DNA of 64,000 nt from an uncultured Eubacteriales bacterium (GTDB taxonomy: Bacteria > Bacillota > Sulfobacillia > Fermentithermobacillales > Fermentithermobacillaceae): contig CAYORX010000004.1 of NCBI GenBank assembly GCA_964406505.1, positions 17,056-81,055 of the forward strand, given 5' to 3'. Within the stretch, counting starts at the first letter, position 1. The number at the start of each line of letters is the position of its first letter. Under the pieces are notes generated by a model that worked only from the letters and a program-made list of their open reading frames with translations, ran no database searches and was not told where the DNA came from. Below are positions 1 through 10,243 of this stretch, in pieces. The position numbers were made by a program, and so were the translations under genes.

Positions 1-284
1 TCTACCGCACCTGCCACATGAACAAAAATTACATCTACATCTAACTTATCGCTTTCATGTGGACTGCCTTGTTCATCTTTGGTCTTTTGGTCAGTTTCAT
101 CATTTAAAACGTCGTTTTCGCCGGGCTCAAAACCGCTTGAGCTTTCGGATAAAACTTGATTCTCAGGCAAAAGAACGAGTTTATCATCTGAAAAAGGAAA
201 CACACCCTGCCACCATAAACTGGCTGCTCCTATAAGTAGCAAAAATGATATCACGTATACAATAATATCTGCGCGTCGAATCAT
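1..284 (-). CDS. ComEA-like competence/DNA-binding protein, N-terminal part (gene runs off the window start)
   Basis: Minus-strand ORF from the ATG at 284 with no stop inside the window. It has an N-terminal hydrophobic anchor, an acidic linker and an 'IFVHVAGAV' SLBB-like motif typical of ComEA. No clear SD, so the start is uncertain. Confidence 0.4.
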   Translation of the reverse strand, partial: MIRRADIIVYVISFLLLIGAASLWWQGVFPFSDDKLVLLPENQVLSESSSGFEPGENDVLNDETDQKTKDEQGSPHESDKLDVDVIFVHVAGAV

Positions 285-337
285 GTCCATATATTACCAT
301 ATTATGCTGCATATTCCAAGTTGTGGTCGAACAGATT

Positions 338-2914
338 TTATCTCTTCGTTACGATATTCACTAGCTTGTCTTTTACCACTATTATTCTAGAAATCTTATC
401 TTTAGATTCAGTCCCTTCGCCCAATATTTCAACGATTCTTTTCGAAATTAGAGCCTTTTTTGTTAATTCTTCATCGCTGCACCCGGCAGATGCAGTTATT
501 CGCGCTCGCACCTTTCCATCTATTTGAATAACTATAGTTATCACTTTTTCCTCAGCTAGCTTAGGATCATATTTAGGCCAACCGGCTTCTTCAACGGTTT
601 GGGTATTACCGAGTTTTGCCCAAAGTTCATGAGCTATATGAGGAGCAAACGGAGCAAGCAATTTTACTAAAACTGTTTTAGCTTCGTTTAGTTTCTCTTG
701 GTCTTGTAGTTCCACAGCAAGATTTTGGTATCTACCTATATAATTTGATAACTCCATAAGCTGTGAAACCGCTGTATTAAGCGCCAAACGTTGAAGATCT
801 TCAGTAACTTTTTTGATACTCTGATGCGTTATTCTTAAAAGCCCTTCGGTTGTAATTTGATTAGGAGAACCATCATTGGCCGAAGTTGTAGCATGTTTTA
901 CCAAGGATTTACCAGTTACTTGCCGCCACACCCTCCTAAGAAACCTTTGCGCACCTTCTACCCCGCGTTCAGACCATTCCAGATCTCTCACGGGAGGTGC
1001 AGCGAACATCAAAAATACGCGAGCCACGTCAGCGCCGAACCTTTTTACGATGTCGTCCGGCGATACTACGTTGCCCTTAGATTTAGACATTTTGGCACCG
1101 TGAAGTACGACCATACCTTGCGTTAGCAGGTTTTCAAACGGTTCTTCCACAGGTACTAATCCTGCATCGTACAGAACCTTCGTAATGAACCTTGAATATA
1201 AAAGATGCATAACTGCATGCTCTACACCGCCGACGTAAAGATCGACTGATTTCCAATAATTAACCCCTGACTGGGTGAAGATAGAATCTACAGTATTAGG
1301 ACTTGCAAACCTAAAAAAGTACCATGACGAACAGATGAAAGTATCAAAGGTGTCTGTTTCTCGTTTGGCAGATGTGCCGCATTGCGGGCATGTGGTATTA
1401 ACGAATTGAGCGTAGTCTGCCAATGGCGAGGCTCCTACCGACGAAACTTTTAACCCTAAAGGCAAACGTACAGGCAAATCTTCTTCAGGAACAGGTACAA
1501 TACCGCATTTGGGGCAATAAATGATGGGAATAGGTGCTCCCCAATACCTTTGCCGCGAGATTAACCAGTCCCTCATCCTATACGTCACTTTATTACGTCC
1601 GGTTCCGGCCTTTTCCAGAAACTCAGCGACCTTAACTTTTCCTTTTGCGCTGGTAAGTCCGGTAAAAACGTCCGACGCAATCATGATACCTGGATCAACA
1701 TACGCTTCATGTACTTCGTTTGACTCCGGGTCTTTATCTACAGGCTCGATCACCATTTTTATGGGCAGTTTGTACTTTTTGGCGAAGTTGAAATCTCTTT
1801 CATCATGACCTGGAACACCCATAACCGCCCCTGTACCGTATTCGTAAATCACATAATTGCCTACCCAAATAGGGACTTCGTCTCCCGAGACTGGGTTTTT
1901 AGCGTATGCACCTGTGAATACCCCTTCTTTTTCAAGGGTTTCATCGGCCCGTTCGATCTCGGGTATGCCGGTAACTTCATCTATGAATTTTTTAACCGAT
2001 GCCTCGTATTTAGTCCCTTGTATCAGTTTTTCAACTAACGGATGTTCAGGCGCCAAAACGATATAGGTAACCCCATAAATCGTGTCATGCCGTGTGGTAA
2101 ACACTGGAATAGGTTGGTTTTCGGGTCCGACGAAATCGATTTCTACGCCTTCGCTTTTTCCTATCCAATTTTCTTGCATGGTTTTAACATGCTCAGGCCA
2201 GCCATCGAGTCTTTTAATATCCTGAAGCAACCTTTCGGTATAGTCGGTTATCTTAAAAAACCATTGCTTCATGCTACGTCTTTCAACTTGCGAATCGCAC
2301 CGCCAACATTTACCTTGCTCTACCTGCTCGTTAGCTAAAACCGTATGGCATTGGGGGCACCAATTGGCTGGAGCCACCTCTCTGTACGCCAGTCCTCGTT
2401 TGTAAAGCAACAAAAACAGCCATTGAGTCCACTTATAATATTCAGGAAAAGCAGTCGCAATTTCTCTTGACCAATCGTAAGCGAATCCCATAGTTTTTAA
2501 TTGATCCCTCATGTGAGAAATATTGGTCCACGTCCATTTATCAGGCGATATACCGTGTTCAATGGCTGCGTTTTCTGCCGGCATACCAAACGCGTCCCAC
2601 CCCATTGGGTGAAGTACGTTATATCCATTAGCCCTTTTATACCTGCAAACCACATCACCGATAGTGTAGTTTCTTACGTGGCCTACATGAAGTTCCCCTG
2701 ACGGATATGGAAACATCTCAAGCAGATAGAATTTTTGCTTAGACGCATCTTCTGTGACGATATACGTTTGTTCATCTCGCCAAATGCTTTGCCACTTCGC
2801 CTCGATTTTTCGGGCGTCATAGTCAACATTCTTAACGAATGGTGTATTATATTCGCCCTTACCATAGCTATCGTGTTTGGCTTGATCGGTACGTTTTTTA
2901 CAACGGTGCGCCAT
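338..2914 (-). CDS. leuS: Leucyl-tRNA synthetase
   Basis: The 863-aa track ORF carries class-I LeuRS motifs (HVGH, KMSKS region) and editing and anticodon-binding domains. The preferred start is the second ATG (2914), preceded by GGAGGT; the track ORF begins at 2929. It has a ~35-aa N-terminal extension relative to typical LeuRS. Confidence 0.93.
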   Translation of the reverse strand: MAHRCKKRTDQAKHDSYGKGEYNTPFVKNVDYDARKIEAKWQSIWRDEQTYIVTEDASKQKFYLLEMFPYPSGELHVGHVRNYTIGDVVCRYKRANGYNVLHPMGWDAFGMPAENAAIEHGISPDKWTWTNISHMRDQLKTMGFAYDWSREIATAFPEYYKWTQWLFLLLYKRGLAYREVAPANWCPQCHTVLANEQVEQGKCWRCDSQVERRSMKQWFFKITDYTERLLQDIKRLDGWPEHVKTMQENWIGKSEGVEIDFVGPENQPIPVFTTRHDTIYGVTYIVLAPEHPLVEKLIQGTKYEASVKKFIDEVTGIPEIERADETLEKEGVFTGAYAKNPVSGDEVPIWVGNYVIYEYGTGAVMGVPGHDERDFNFAKKYKLPIKMVIEPVDKDPESNEVHEAYVDPGIMIASDVFTGLTSAKGKVKVAEFLEKAGTGRNKVTYRMRDWLISRQRYWGAPIPIIYCPKCGIVPVPEEDLPVRLPLGLKVSSVGASPLADYAQFVNTTCPQCGTSAKRETDTFDTFICSSWYFFRFASPNTVDSIFTQSGVNYWKSVDLYVGGVEHAVMHLLYSRFITKVLYDAGLVPVEEPFENLLTQGMVVLHGAKMSKSKGNVVSPDDIVKRFGADVARVFLMFAAPPVRDLEWSERGVEGAQRFLRRVWRQVTGKSLVKHATTSANDGSPNQITTEGLLRITHQSIKKVTEDLQRLALNTAVSQLMELSNYIGRYQNLAVELQDQEKLNEAKTVLVKLLAPFAPHIAHELWAKLGNTQTVEEAGWPKYDPKLAEEKVITIVIQIDGKVRARITASAGCSDEELTKKALISKRIVEILGEGTESKDKISRIIVVKDKLVNIVTKR

Positions 2915-2969
2915 GTAAACTACCTCCATTTCTCAATTTACTAAAGTTTGAGAGAATATTGTTTAATAA

Positions 2970-3310
2970 ATACAAAACCCTCATCCAAGGGACGAGGGCT
3001 TATCTAAGCTTGCGCGGTACCACCCTTGCTCGGTTCGGAATAAAAATACCTTACCGCTCTTTCAGCGCGTAACGCGCGCTACCCGTGCGCTACTACTCAG
3101 CATTGATCGACTTTTGCGATGTAATAAATCAATTTGTGTCTATATACCGTTCGTATCGCATGCTCCAGGGCGAGTTCAGAATCGTATTCGGCGCTAGGCT
3201 TCCACCTTCCCCAGCTCGCTCGGCTTAGACTGATCCCTACTATTCCCCTTCATCGCTTATATTTATGAATATCGTTTTTAGAAACCACAGTGCATATTTT
3301 GCATGAATCG
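2970..3310 (-). promoter_or_regulatory. T-box riboswitch leader upstream of leuS, with terminator/antiterminator
   Basis: The minus strand contains the conserved T-box sequence AGGGTGGTACCGCG (plus-strand coordinates 3012-3026). It is followed by a 9-bp stem-loop (2978-2998) and a UUUUGUAUUU tract. The ~330-nt leader lies between the promoter and the leuS RBS. Confidence 0.75.
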
Positions 3311-3315
3311 CCAGC

Positions 3316-3344
3316 ATTATACGGCACTCATCTTAAGAAGTCAA
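3316..3344 (-). promoter_or_regulatory. Sigma-A-type promoter driving the leuS T-box leader
   Basis: Minus strand reads TTGACT (3339-3344), a 17-nt spacer, then TATAAT (3316-3321). Confidence 0.6.
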
Positions 3345-3395
3345 TAAAACTCAAAACACGCGCTGCAATGGTGTTCCACTGCAAATCAACTTTCC

Positions 3396-4283
3396 TTATT
3401 TCAATTCACACTCGTCATCTTTATAAATGAACTTTAGCAGTTTTTTAAACACCGAAAAATATCTTCGGGTCTTCTCAGAAACCTCAAATTCACCGTGTTC
3501 CGGATATACCGGAAACTCGCTACCGCGTAGATGGTTACCTTGTTTTGCGTAAAGCGCTTTTTCTATGGCATCTAGCTGCGCCTCGCTGGCATGTTGCCAA
3601 CTGTAATAACTTATGCCTTTAAGATCGTTTACGCGGGCTAAATGAGAAAAATGAATTATCTGCTTTGCGGTAACTTCTCCGTAACATTGACCTACGGGGG
3701 CGATCGGCACTTTATATTTGGACAACCCTCTCATACTCATCGCGAATATTTCATCTAAGGGAAAATCCATCAAACCCCAATATATCTGGGGTAAACACAC
3801 CGAACAAAATGACGAAAATTCAGAATAGGGAAATGCATCGTGGTACTGGGGAAGCGCGAATGTCGTATACCCTAAAGTTGTTTTAGTTCCCATGGCACGA
3901 ATAACTTCGATGCCTAGCTTAAGCGCGTTGGTTTTACCTTCCCGATTTTCATATTCATCTTCCGCGTCGATTATTAACCAATCTGCCCCGGCATCAAGGG
4001 CTTTTTTCATAGCTTTCGCTTCAGGAACTGCATTATGACCATAACTATATCCCCACGCTCCTACAGTAAGCCCCGCTTCATGAGCTGGACCAACAATTTT
4101 ATGAAGCTGATCTAAAAATAAACCGGAAGTACCCCCATCCCATGATTTGATCATGATTCCCGAAAGTCCCATATTTACTGCTCTACGAATTACGGAATGA
4201 AGGGGACCCGCCTGAGACAACATCCATATCCAAATATGCTTTCCTTCCCAGGGTTTTGGTGTCATCAAGGTCCCTCCTTCCAT
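3396..4283 (-). CDS. Putative TIM-barrel glycoside-hydrolase-like (GHL-type) protein
   Basis: 295-aa ORF with composition and motifs (DAEDEY, IDxE) resembling polysaccharide hydrolase-like TIM barrels. The family assignment is uncertain. Confidence 0.35.
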   Translation of the reverse strand: MEGGTLMTPKPWEGKHIWIWMLSQAGPLHSVIRRAVNMGLSGIMIKSWDGGTSGLFLDQLHKIVGPAHEAGLTVGAWGYSYGHNAVPEAKAMKKALDAGADWLIIDAEDEYENREGKTNALKLGIEVIRAMGTKTTLGYTTFALPQYHDAFPYSEFSSFCSVCLPQIYWGLMDFPLDEIFAMSMRGLSKYKVPIAPVGQCYGEVTAKQIIHFSHLARVNDLKGISYYSWQHASEAQLDAIEKALYAKQGNHLRGSEFPVYPEHGEFEVSEKTRRYFSVFKKLLKFIYKDDECELK

Positions 4284-4476
4284 TCTTCTACTTTATGCGG
4301 TACATGACCGTTATGTTAACTCAAATAACCATATCAATACGTATCTAACGCTATATTGGGGGGATATTTATGCTGATAGTCATTAAGCATTTTATGCATT
4401 CATGTATAAAAAAGAAGGGAAAACTAAGTCTATAACAGAAAACATGTCCGACACAACTTGAAAGGGAGGCAAACGA

Positions 4477-6117
4477 ATGGATAGTCTTAGACAGACGATT
4501 TACGATCTGATGATAGAATTAATAGCGATCCCCAGCGTTTCTCCTAGCGCTGCAGAAACCGAAGCAGCTGAATTTATATATCACAAGCTCGCTGATTTGC
4601 CCTATTTTAAACAACATGCAGACGATCTTGATTACGTCCCTATCCCGAACGATCCTTTTGATCGTAAAGGGGTATTTGCCATTGTCAAAGCTGAAAAGCA
4701 AACCAACCGTACAATTATTCTCACCGGTCACATTGACGTGGTAGACACAACCGAAGCAGGTATGTTATCTGAAACAGCGTTTCATCCTGAGGAATATACA
4801 AAAAAGATTTCTAAATTGAAACTACCTAAAGAAGCAAAAGAAGATCTGAAATCAGGTAAATTCATTTTCGGTAGGGGCGTCATGGATATGAAAAGCGGGA
4901 TAGCTATACAAATGGCACTGCTTGCTGAATACTCTCGTAATCCTGAAAACTTATCCGCAAATATCGCATTTCTTGCGGTGTGCGACGAAGAAAACAATTC
5001 AGCTGGGATGAGGGCTGCGATCACTTATTTGGCTGATCTACAAGACAAGGGATACGATTTCGTCTCTTGCATAAGCAGCGAAGGCGTAATTCCGAAATTC
5101 CCTGAAGATACGAACCGATATATCGATATCGGAACAATTGGGAAAATCATGCCTATGTTTTACTGTGTAGGACGGGAATCTCATGTAGGTCAGTATTATG
5201 CCGGACTCAACACCAACTTACTGGCATCTATGATTACTTTAGAGTTAGAGGGCAACCCAAAGTGGGCCGAAACCTGGAAAGAAGAAGTTTACCCGCCACC
5301 CGCGTCGCTAAAACAAAAAGACTTAAGAAGCCTTTATTCAGTTACTTTACCTGCAAAATCTGTAGTATATTTCAATCATCTAACTGCAACAGGCACTCTC
5401 GATCAAATACTTAAGCGGATGGAATCTATTGCTCGGATTGCTTTTGAAAAAAGCGTTCAACATATGGTTAGCAGCGCTAAACAATACACTAAAAAATCAG
5501 GAACTCCGGTAGTTATTCCGTGGGAACCCAAAATTATAACGATACATCAACTTCAAACCGAAGTAGCTTCTGATTTTGATGGGGATTTAGATAAACACTT
5601 AAGCAGGTACATACAAAGTCTACCATCTGACATGGATGAACGCGAAATGTCTTTGCTTGTGGTCGCAGAACTCCTCAAGTTTTACCCAGACAAAGATCCT
5701 ATGATCATCATAGGGTTTCTGCCACCCTATTATCCCCATAGAACTAACAAGCGCGAAACAGTCAGAGAAAAAGCTCTTATTCAGGTGGTAAACGAAATTG
5801 TTACCGAAGCGAAATCTGACTATAATGAGACGCTTGTAGTATCAGAACATTTTGCATCGATAAGCGATTTGAGCTACGTTGGTTTTCAAGATGAGCGCCA
5901 AGAATTGATACCGCTTGCCCACAATACTCCAGGCTGGGGCATTATTTACGACATAGACCTGGACAACTTACTAAAACTAGACATCCCAATTGTCAATTTG
6001 GGTCCTTGGGGCAAAGACGCTCACAAATTCTTAGAACGGTTAGAACTAGATTATTCGCTAGAAGTAGTGCCCAATCTGATGAAATCGCTGGTGAAACAAT
6101 TAAGTTGCATGCCCTAG
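4477..6117 (+). CDS. M20 family metallopeptidase, RocB-like
   Basis: 546-aa ORF with the M20 motif LTGHIDVVD and an RBS AAGGGAGG upstream. Its size matches RocB-type amidohydrolases. Confidence 0.7.
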   Translation: MDSLRQTIYDLMIELIAIPSVSPSAAETEAAEFIYHKLADLPYFKQHADDLDYVPIPNDPFDRKGVFAIVKAEKQTNRTIILTGHIDVVDTTEAGMLSETAFHPEEYTKKISKLKLPKEAKEDLKSGKFIFGRGVMDMKSGIAIQMALLAEYSRNPENLSANIAFLAVCDEENNSAGMRAAITYLADLQDKGYDFVSCISSEGVIPKFPEDTNRYIDIGTIGKIMPMFYCVGRESHVGQYYAGLNTNLLASMITLELEGNPKWAETWKEEVYPPPASLKQKDLRSLYSVTLPAKSVVYFNHLTATGTLDQILKRMESIARIAFEKSVQHMVSSAKQYTKKSGTPVVIPWEPKIITIHQLQTEVASDFDGDLDKHLSRYIQSLPSDMDEREMSLLVVAELLKFYPDKDPMIIIGFLPPYYPHRTNKRETVREKALIQVVNEIVTEAKSDYNETLVVSEHFASISDLSYVGFQDERQELIPLAHNTPGWGIIYDIDLDNLLKLDIPIVNLGPWGKDAHKFLERLELDYSLEVVPNLMKSLVKQLSCMP

Positions 6118-6182
6118 CAATCGTTGGTTAATCTGGCAAAGGCCGAAATACGCGGTTAAATGGAATTACCACTTAACATCGA

Positions 6183-6899
6183 TCATTTGATGAGCAATTC
6201 GGTCACATAACAGATCATCGGTGTCACTAATATGGCGGGTAATAAATTGGCAACTCTGATTTTTTTAAGTTCTAAAAGCCCAAGTCCTAAAGCAAACAGC
6301 AGCATACCTCCAGCCGCAGACATTTCAGATATCATTTGAGCAGTTAACAGTTGATCGAAGAATCCGGCTCCTAATGTAATAGACCCTTGGTAAATGAAAA
6401 CAGCTAAACCTGAAAAACCTACACCGGGACCTAGGGAAGACGCAAATGCGATTGCGGTAAAACCGTCGATGGTAGATTTCGCTACTAAAGTACCTGGGTC
6501 TCCTGTAAGACCATCTTGTATTCCACCTATGATGGCCATAGGTCCGATGCAAAACAATAGACTCGCCGTAACAAACCCTTTTGCAAACAAACCTTCAGAT
6601 TCGCGTGCAAACCTTTTTTCTAAAGCATTCCCTAAATTATTGAACCAAAGCTCAATATCAAGCATTTCACCTATGATAGCTCCTAAAGCAATTCCGGCTA
6701 GCGGATATAAAATATTCTCCGATTCAAATGCCATCTTTATACCTATTACGCTTGTTACAAGTCCTAACCCGCTCATTACGGTTTGCTTCATTTTTTCGGG
6801 ATATCTATTGCCTACAAGTAGTCCTATTATGGTGCCTACACTAATTGCGGCAGTATTGATCAAAGTACCTTTCACGACCATCCACCCTTTCATCGCCAA
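6183..6899 (-). CDS. DUF554 (YqgA-like) integral membrane protein
   Basis: 238-aa polytopic membrane ORF with the glycine-rich hydrophobic pattern typical of DUF554. Confidence 0.55.
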   Translation of the reverse strand: MAMKGWMVVKGTLINTAAISVGTIIGLLVGNRYPEKMKQTVMSGLGLVTSVIGIKMAFESENILYPLAGIALGAIIGEMLDIELWFNNLGNALEKRFARESEGLFAKGFVTASLLFCIGPMAIIGGIQDGLTGDPGTLVAKSTIDGFTAIAFASSLGPGVGFSGLAVFIYQGSITLGAGFFDQLLTAQMISEMSAAGGMLLFALGLGLLELKKIRVANLLPAILVTPMICYVTELLIK

Positions 6900-7008
6900 T
6901 ATACATCAATACTTTTCTCATTCTACACCTAAACCTAAAGTTTCTTAAGGATAAAATGATATCACCATGCTATGCTTGGTATAAATCGTTTAAGGAGGAA
7001 TCTTAAAA

Positions 7009-7821
7009 ATGCCTGCCGACTCAAAACCAATAGTATCTATACCGTTTGGCAACCTTGAAGAAGGTGTTTTTGTAGAACGCCCCAACAGATTCCTAGGACT
7101 TATCGATTTAAAGGGGAAAACCGTTAAAGCCCATGTACCTGACCCCGGTAGGCTGACGGAATTACTTTTTCCGGGAAATAAGGTAATGGTAAAGTATGCA
7201 CATTCTAAAGGGCGCAAAACTGCCTATGACTTAGTGCTTGCCGATTTTAGCGGTGTTTGGGTTTGCGTCGACACTAGATATCCTAACAAACTTTTCAAAA
7301 ACGCGATAAAACAAAGAACGCTTGTTGAGTTTGAAAAATATAGTTGTATCTATAGTGAAGTTACGTTGAAACAAACCGCAAAACGTTTAGATGATCACAT
7401 TATCGGTAAAAAACTCAACCAAAACATAGCAAACGCACCTATTGTTAAAAACAAAACTCCTGAAAGCCGATTTGATTTCTTGCTCACATCTAACACCGAA
7501 CGCCCCATGCTCGTTGAAGTGAAATCTGTAAACCTATGTGTGAACGGTACAGGATTGTTCCCTGATGCCCCAACGTTGAGAGGAGCGCGGCACCTTAATG
7601 AACTTAGACACATTTTATCGACGGGACTTCGTACCTGCGCAGTATTTATAGCTCAAAGACAAGATATATTAAGGGTATCTGCCCATAGAAAAATGGATCC
7701 CCGTTTTGCTGAAGCCCTAGATAAAGCCGCGGAAGCGGGAGTTATGGTCGCATCATACCGGTGCACTGCATCACCTGAATGCCTAAAACTTGAAAACCAA
7801 AGCATCCCATATTGTAAATGA
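7009..7821 (+). CDS. sfsA: Sugar fermentation stimulation protein SfsA homolog
   Basis: N-terminal ERPNRFL motif and C-terminal VEVKSV...FPDAPTLRGARHL block match the SfsA family. RBS AAGGAGG. Confidence 0.7.
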   Translation: MPADSKPIVSIPFGNLEEGVFVERPNRFLGLIDLKGKTVKAHVPDPGRLTELLFPGNKVMVKYAHSKGRKTAYDLVLADFSGVWVCVDTRYPNKLFKNAIKQRTLVEFEKYSCIYSEVTLKQTAKRLDDHIIGKKLNQNIANAPIVKNKTPESRFDFLLTSNTERPMLVEVKSVNLCVNGTGLFPDAPTLRGARHLNELRHILSTGLRTCAVFIAQRQDILRVSAHRKMDPRFAEALDKAAEAGVMVASYRCTASPECLKLENQSIPYCK

Positions 7822-7829
7822 GCAAAGGC

Positions 7830-8672
7830 TCAATCGGGCAGCAGTATAATACCGATCAACCCCGGTCCTCCATGAACAGCTAATGAAGCACCTATTTCCG
7901 AAACGATAAGATTTCGAATGTTGAGACGCTTTTTTAGCCTAGCACCTACCTTTATCGCTTCTTTGCAATTGTTCGCATGCATTACCGCAACTCTAGATGG
8001 AATGTCAGATACTGCCTGGGACGCCAATTCTATAATCTTTTCAAGCGCGTTTGGGTAACTCCGCACTCGAGCTACAACTTCAAGAAGACCGTCTTTAACT
8101 TCAATAACTGGTTTTATCGATAATATAGAACCGAATACTGCTTGTCCCTTACTTACTCTACCGCTCTTTTGAAGATATTTGAGAGTCGGTATGGCTACAA
8201 AAGCCCGTATTTTATCTTTAAATGTATCCAAACGTTTTCGAATCTGATCGAGATTAAGCCCTTCAAGCGCAGCTTTGGCAGCTTCAATACTCAAAAATCC
8301 GGTACCCATAGAAACTGTATTTGAATCGTAAACACACACGTCAACATTTTCGGGCAATGATTCCGCCGCTAATTCCGCGGCTTGACAAGTGCCGCTGCCT
8401 CGAGCGGTGACGTGAACTGAAATGATTCCATGTGCTACTTTCGATAACCGACTATAAGTTTCCATAAAATCACCGGGGGAAGGGCTTGAAGTTTTGGGTA
8501 TCTCTTTACCATCTAAACATCCATAAAATTCCTCTGCGGTAATATCTACATTTTCTCTAAATGATTCTTTTCCGATCTGGATCGGTATCGGCACAACGGT
8601 AATTCCATATCGTTCGCGAATCTGTTCCGGAAGACCGGTAGCACTGTCGGTTACTACTTTTATTTTTTTCAT
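7830..8672 (-). CDS. DegV family fatty-acid-binding protein
   Basis: 280-aa ORF with N-terminal 'KIKVVTDSATGLP', typical of DegV/EDD-fold proteins. Confidence 0.85.
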   Translation of the reverse strand: MKKIKVVTDSATGLPEQIRERYGITVVPIPIQIGKESFRENVDITAEEFYGCLDGKEIPKTSSPSPGDFMETYSRLSKVAHGIISVHVTARGSGTCQAAELAAESLPENVDVCVYDSNTVSMGTGFLSIEAAKAALEGLNLDQIRKRLDTFKDKIRAFVAIPTLKYLQKSGRVSKGQAVFGSILSIKPVIEVKDGLLEVVARVRSYPNALEKIIELASQAVSDIPSRVAVMHANNCKEAIKVGARLKKRLNIRNLIVSEIGASLAVHGGPGLIGIILLPD

Positions 8673-8930
8673 CTGCCGTCTCCTTTAAATTTAATATACA
8701 CCGCCCCGCTTAATGCCAGACCGGCGCATCGAGTTCCTTTAATCGATTGAGCAGCATTAAAATGTTTCGTCGTTTCAGCCCTTGATACCTTTTTAAACTA
8801 CTCGCAAAGCTGATTAACAACCCTAAAATATCTATCATATTGTCCCAGCGTCACCGCATATTCTCTAAATAGGCAGGCCCGCAGCTGATGACGATACGTT
8901 CCATTACGAGTAGGGGGACTTTGGGCCTGT

Positions 8931-10124
8931 CTACCTTGATTCAATAATAACCCCACCACCGTACACGAACCGTCCCTTATACAAGACTAGCGACTGCCCC
9001 GGGGTCACTGCAAACTGGGGCTCATCGAATTTTACTAGCATAACGTCGTCACAAGATTTGTTTTTGACACCTTCACCACTACAGTTTTCCCACTGAGGTA
9101 TCAGTACAGCCCCTACCTCTTTACCTCTATAACGAACCATACATGTCGCTTGTACTTGCGAATTTGGATAGTCTGTCATAATAAAATTCATTCCTGCTAC
9201 GTAACATGCTTTGGCGTATGATTCTTCTTTTTTACCTACGATGATTTGATTGGCATCAGCATCGATTTTCACTACATACAAAGGGTAACTGGCCTGTACC
9301 CCCAGCCCTCTCCTTTGTCCAATAGTATAATAAGCGAGTCCTTTGTGATAACCAAGCACTTTTCCCGATGTATCGACTATCGGTCCAGGTCGTATTTTAT
9401 CATCTTGATGAAAAAGCGCAGTATAACCTTTTTTCGGCACAAAACAGATATCTTGACTTTCGGGTTTTTGCGCTACAGACAATCCTTTTTCACGTAGAAT
9501 TTTTCGCACTTTTTGTTTTTCTAAACTACCAAGAGGAAATAAAACACTGCTCAACGCAGTTTGGTCGAGGCCATAAAGCGCATAACTTTGATCTTTACTT
9601 CCATCGACACCTCTCGCGAGCAAAAACCTGGATCCCGCCTGCGTTTTTAAATATTCCACACCTTCGCCATCACTTGAACCGTCAAACTTACCGGATGCAA
9701 GCAAATGAGATTCGACGAATTGTCCTTGAGTACCGACGATCTTTCCAACCTGTACGTAATGCCCTGTTGCTAGATAATCAGCACCTAACTTTTTAGTTTC
9801 ATCTAGTAAATAACCAAACTTGAATTTAACGTTACAGATTAAACACGGGTTAGGGGTTCGTCCCTGATAGTAACTTTCTTTAAACGCCGTTATAACTTCT
9901 GATTCAAATTGTTTTCGCAAGTCGGCGATATAATGTGGAATACCGAGTTCTTGACAAACAAGACGGGCATCTTCTACGGCGGTTAAGTTGCTACAATAAG
10001 ATTCACCGGGCAAAACTTCCATAGTAATTCCGAACACATTAAAACCTTGTTCTATTAAAAGCAAACATGCAGCAGAACTGTCTGCCCCGCCTGACATACC
10101 AACCGCAACCGTCGGCTTCGGCAT
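8931..10124 (-). CDS. mnmA: tRNA-specific 2-thiouridylase MnmA
   Basis: PP-loop SGGADSS, conserved Cys residues, 397 aa. Confidence 0.92.
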   Translation of the reverse strand: MPKPTVAVGMSGGADSSAACLLLIEQGFNVFGITMEVLPGESYCSNLTAVEDARLVCQELGIPHYIADLRKQFESEVITAFKESYYQGRTPNPCLICNVKFKFGYLLDETKKLGADYLATGHYVQVGKIVGTQGQFVESHLLASGKFDGSSDGEGVEYLKTQAGSRFLLARGVDGSKDQSYALYGLDQTALSSVLFPLGSLEKQKVRKILREKGLSVAQKPESQDICFVPKKGYTALFHQDDKIRPGPIVDTSGKVLGYHKGLAYYTIGQRRGLGVQASYPLYVVKIDADANQIIVGKKEESYAKACYVAGMNFIMTDYPNSQVQATCMVRYRGKEVGAVLIPQWENCSGEGVKNKSCDDVMLVKFDEPQFAVTPGQSLVLYKGRFVYGGGVIIESR

Positions 10125-10243
10125 TATGCATCCCGCCCTTCAAGTGGTATTCCAAATAGGATTTCATTTGCACTCACAATCCGTACTGAAAAAGTCTGGC
10201 CTGCCTAAACGATAGTATTAATTAGACAAGCCAGAACAATACA

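Noticed and set aside
321-527. Many 60-130-aa track ORFs antisense to or overlapping large conserved genes. Examples: 321..527, 857..1126, 6394..6948, 9368..9796, 11049..11264, 14309..14695, 22528..23010, 50289..50699, 57515..57991, 59378..59680
   Set aside because: They lie within or opposite high-confidence conserved CDSs, have biased low-complexity translations and no RBS. They are treated as spurious.
8871-8932. 10-bp inverted repeat AGGCAGGCCC...GGGCCTGTCT spanning the mnmA stop codon; the 9-mer AGGCAGGCC recurs in inverted orientation at ~10189
   Set aside because: The loop is 42 nt, no U-tract follows on the transcribed strand, and a 9-mer recurrence can be chance. Not a convincing terminator or REP element.
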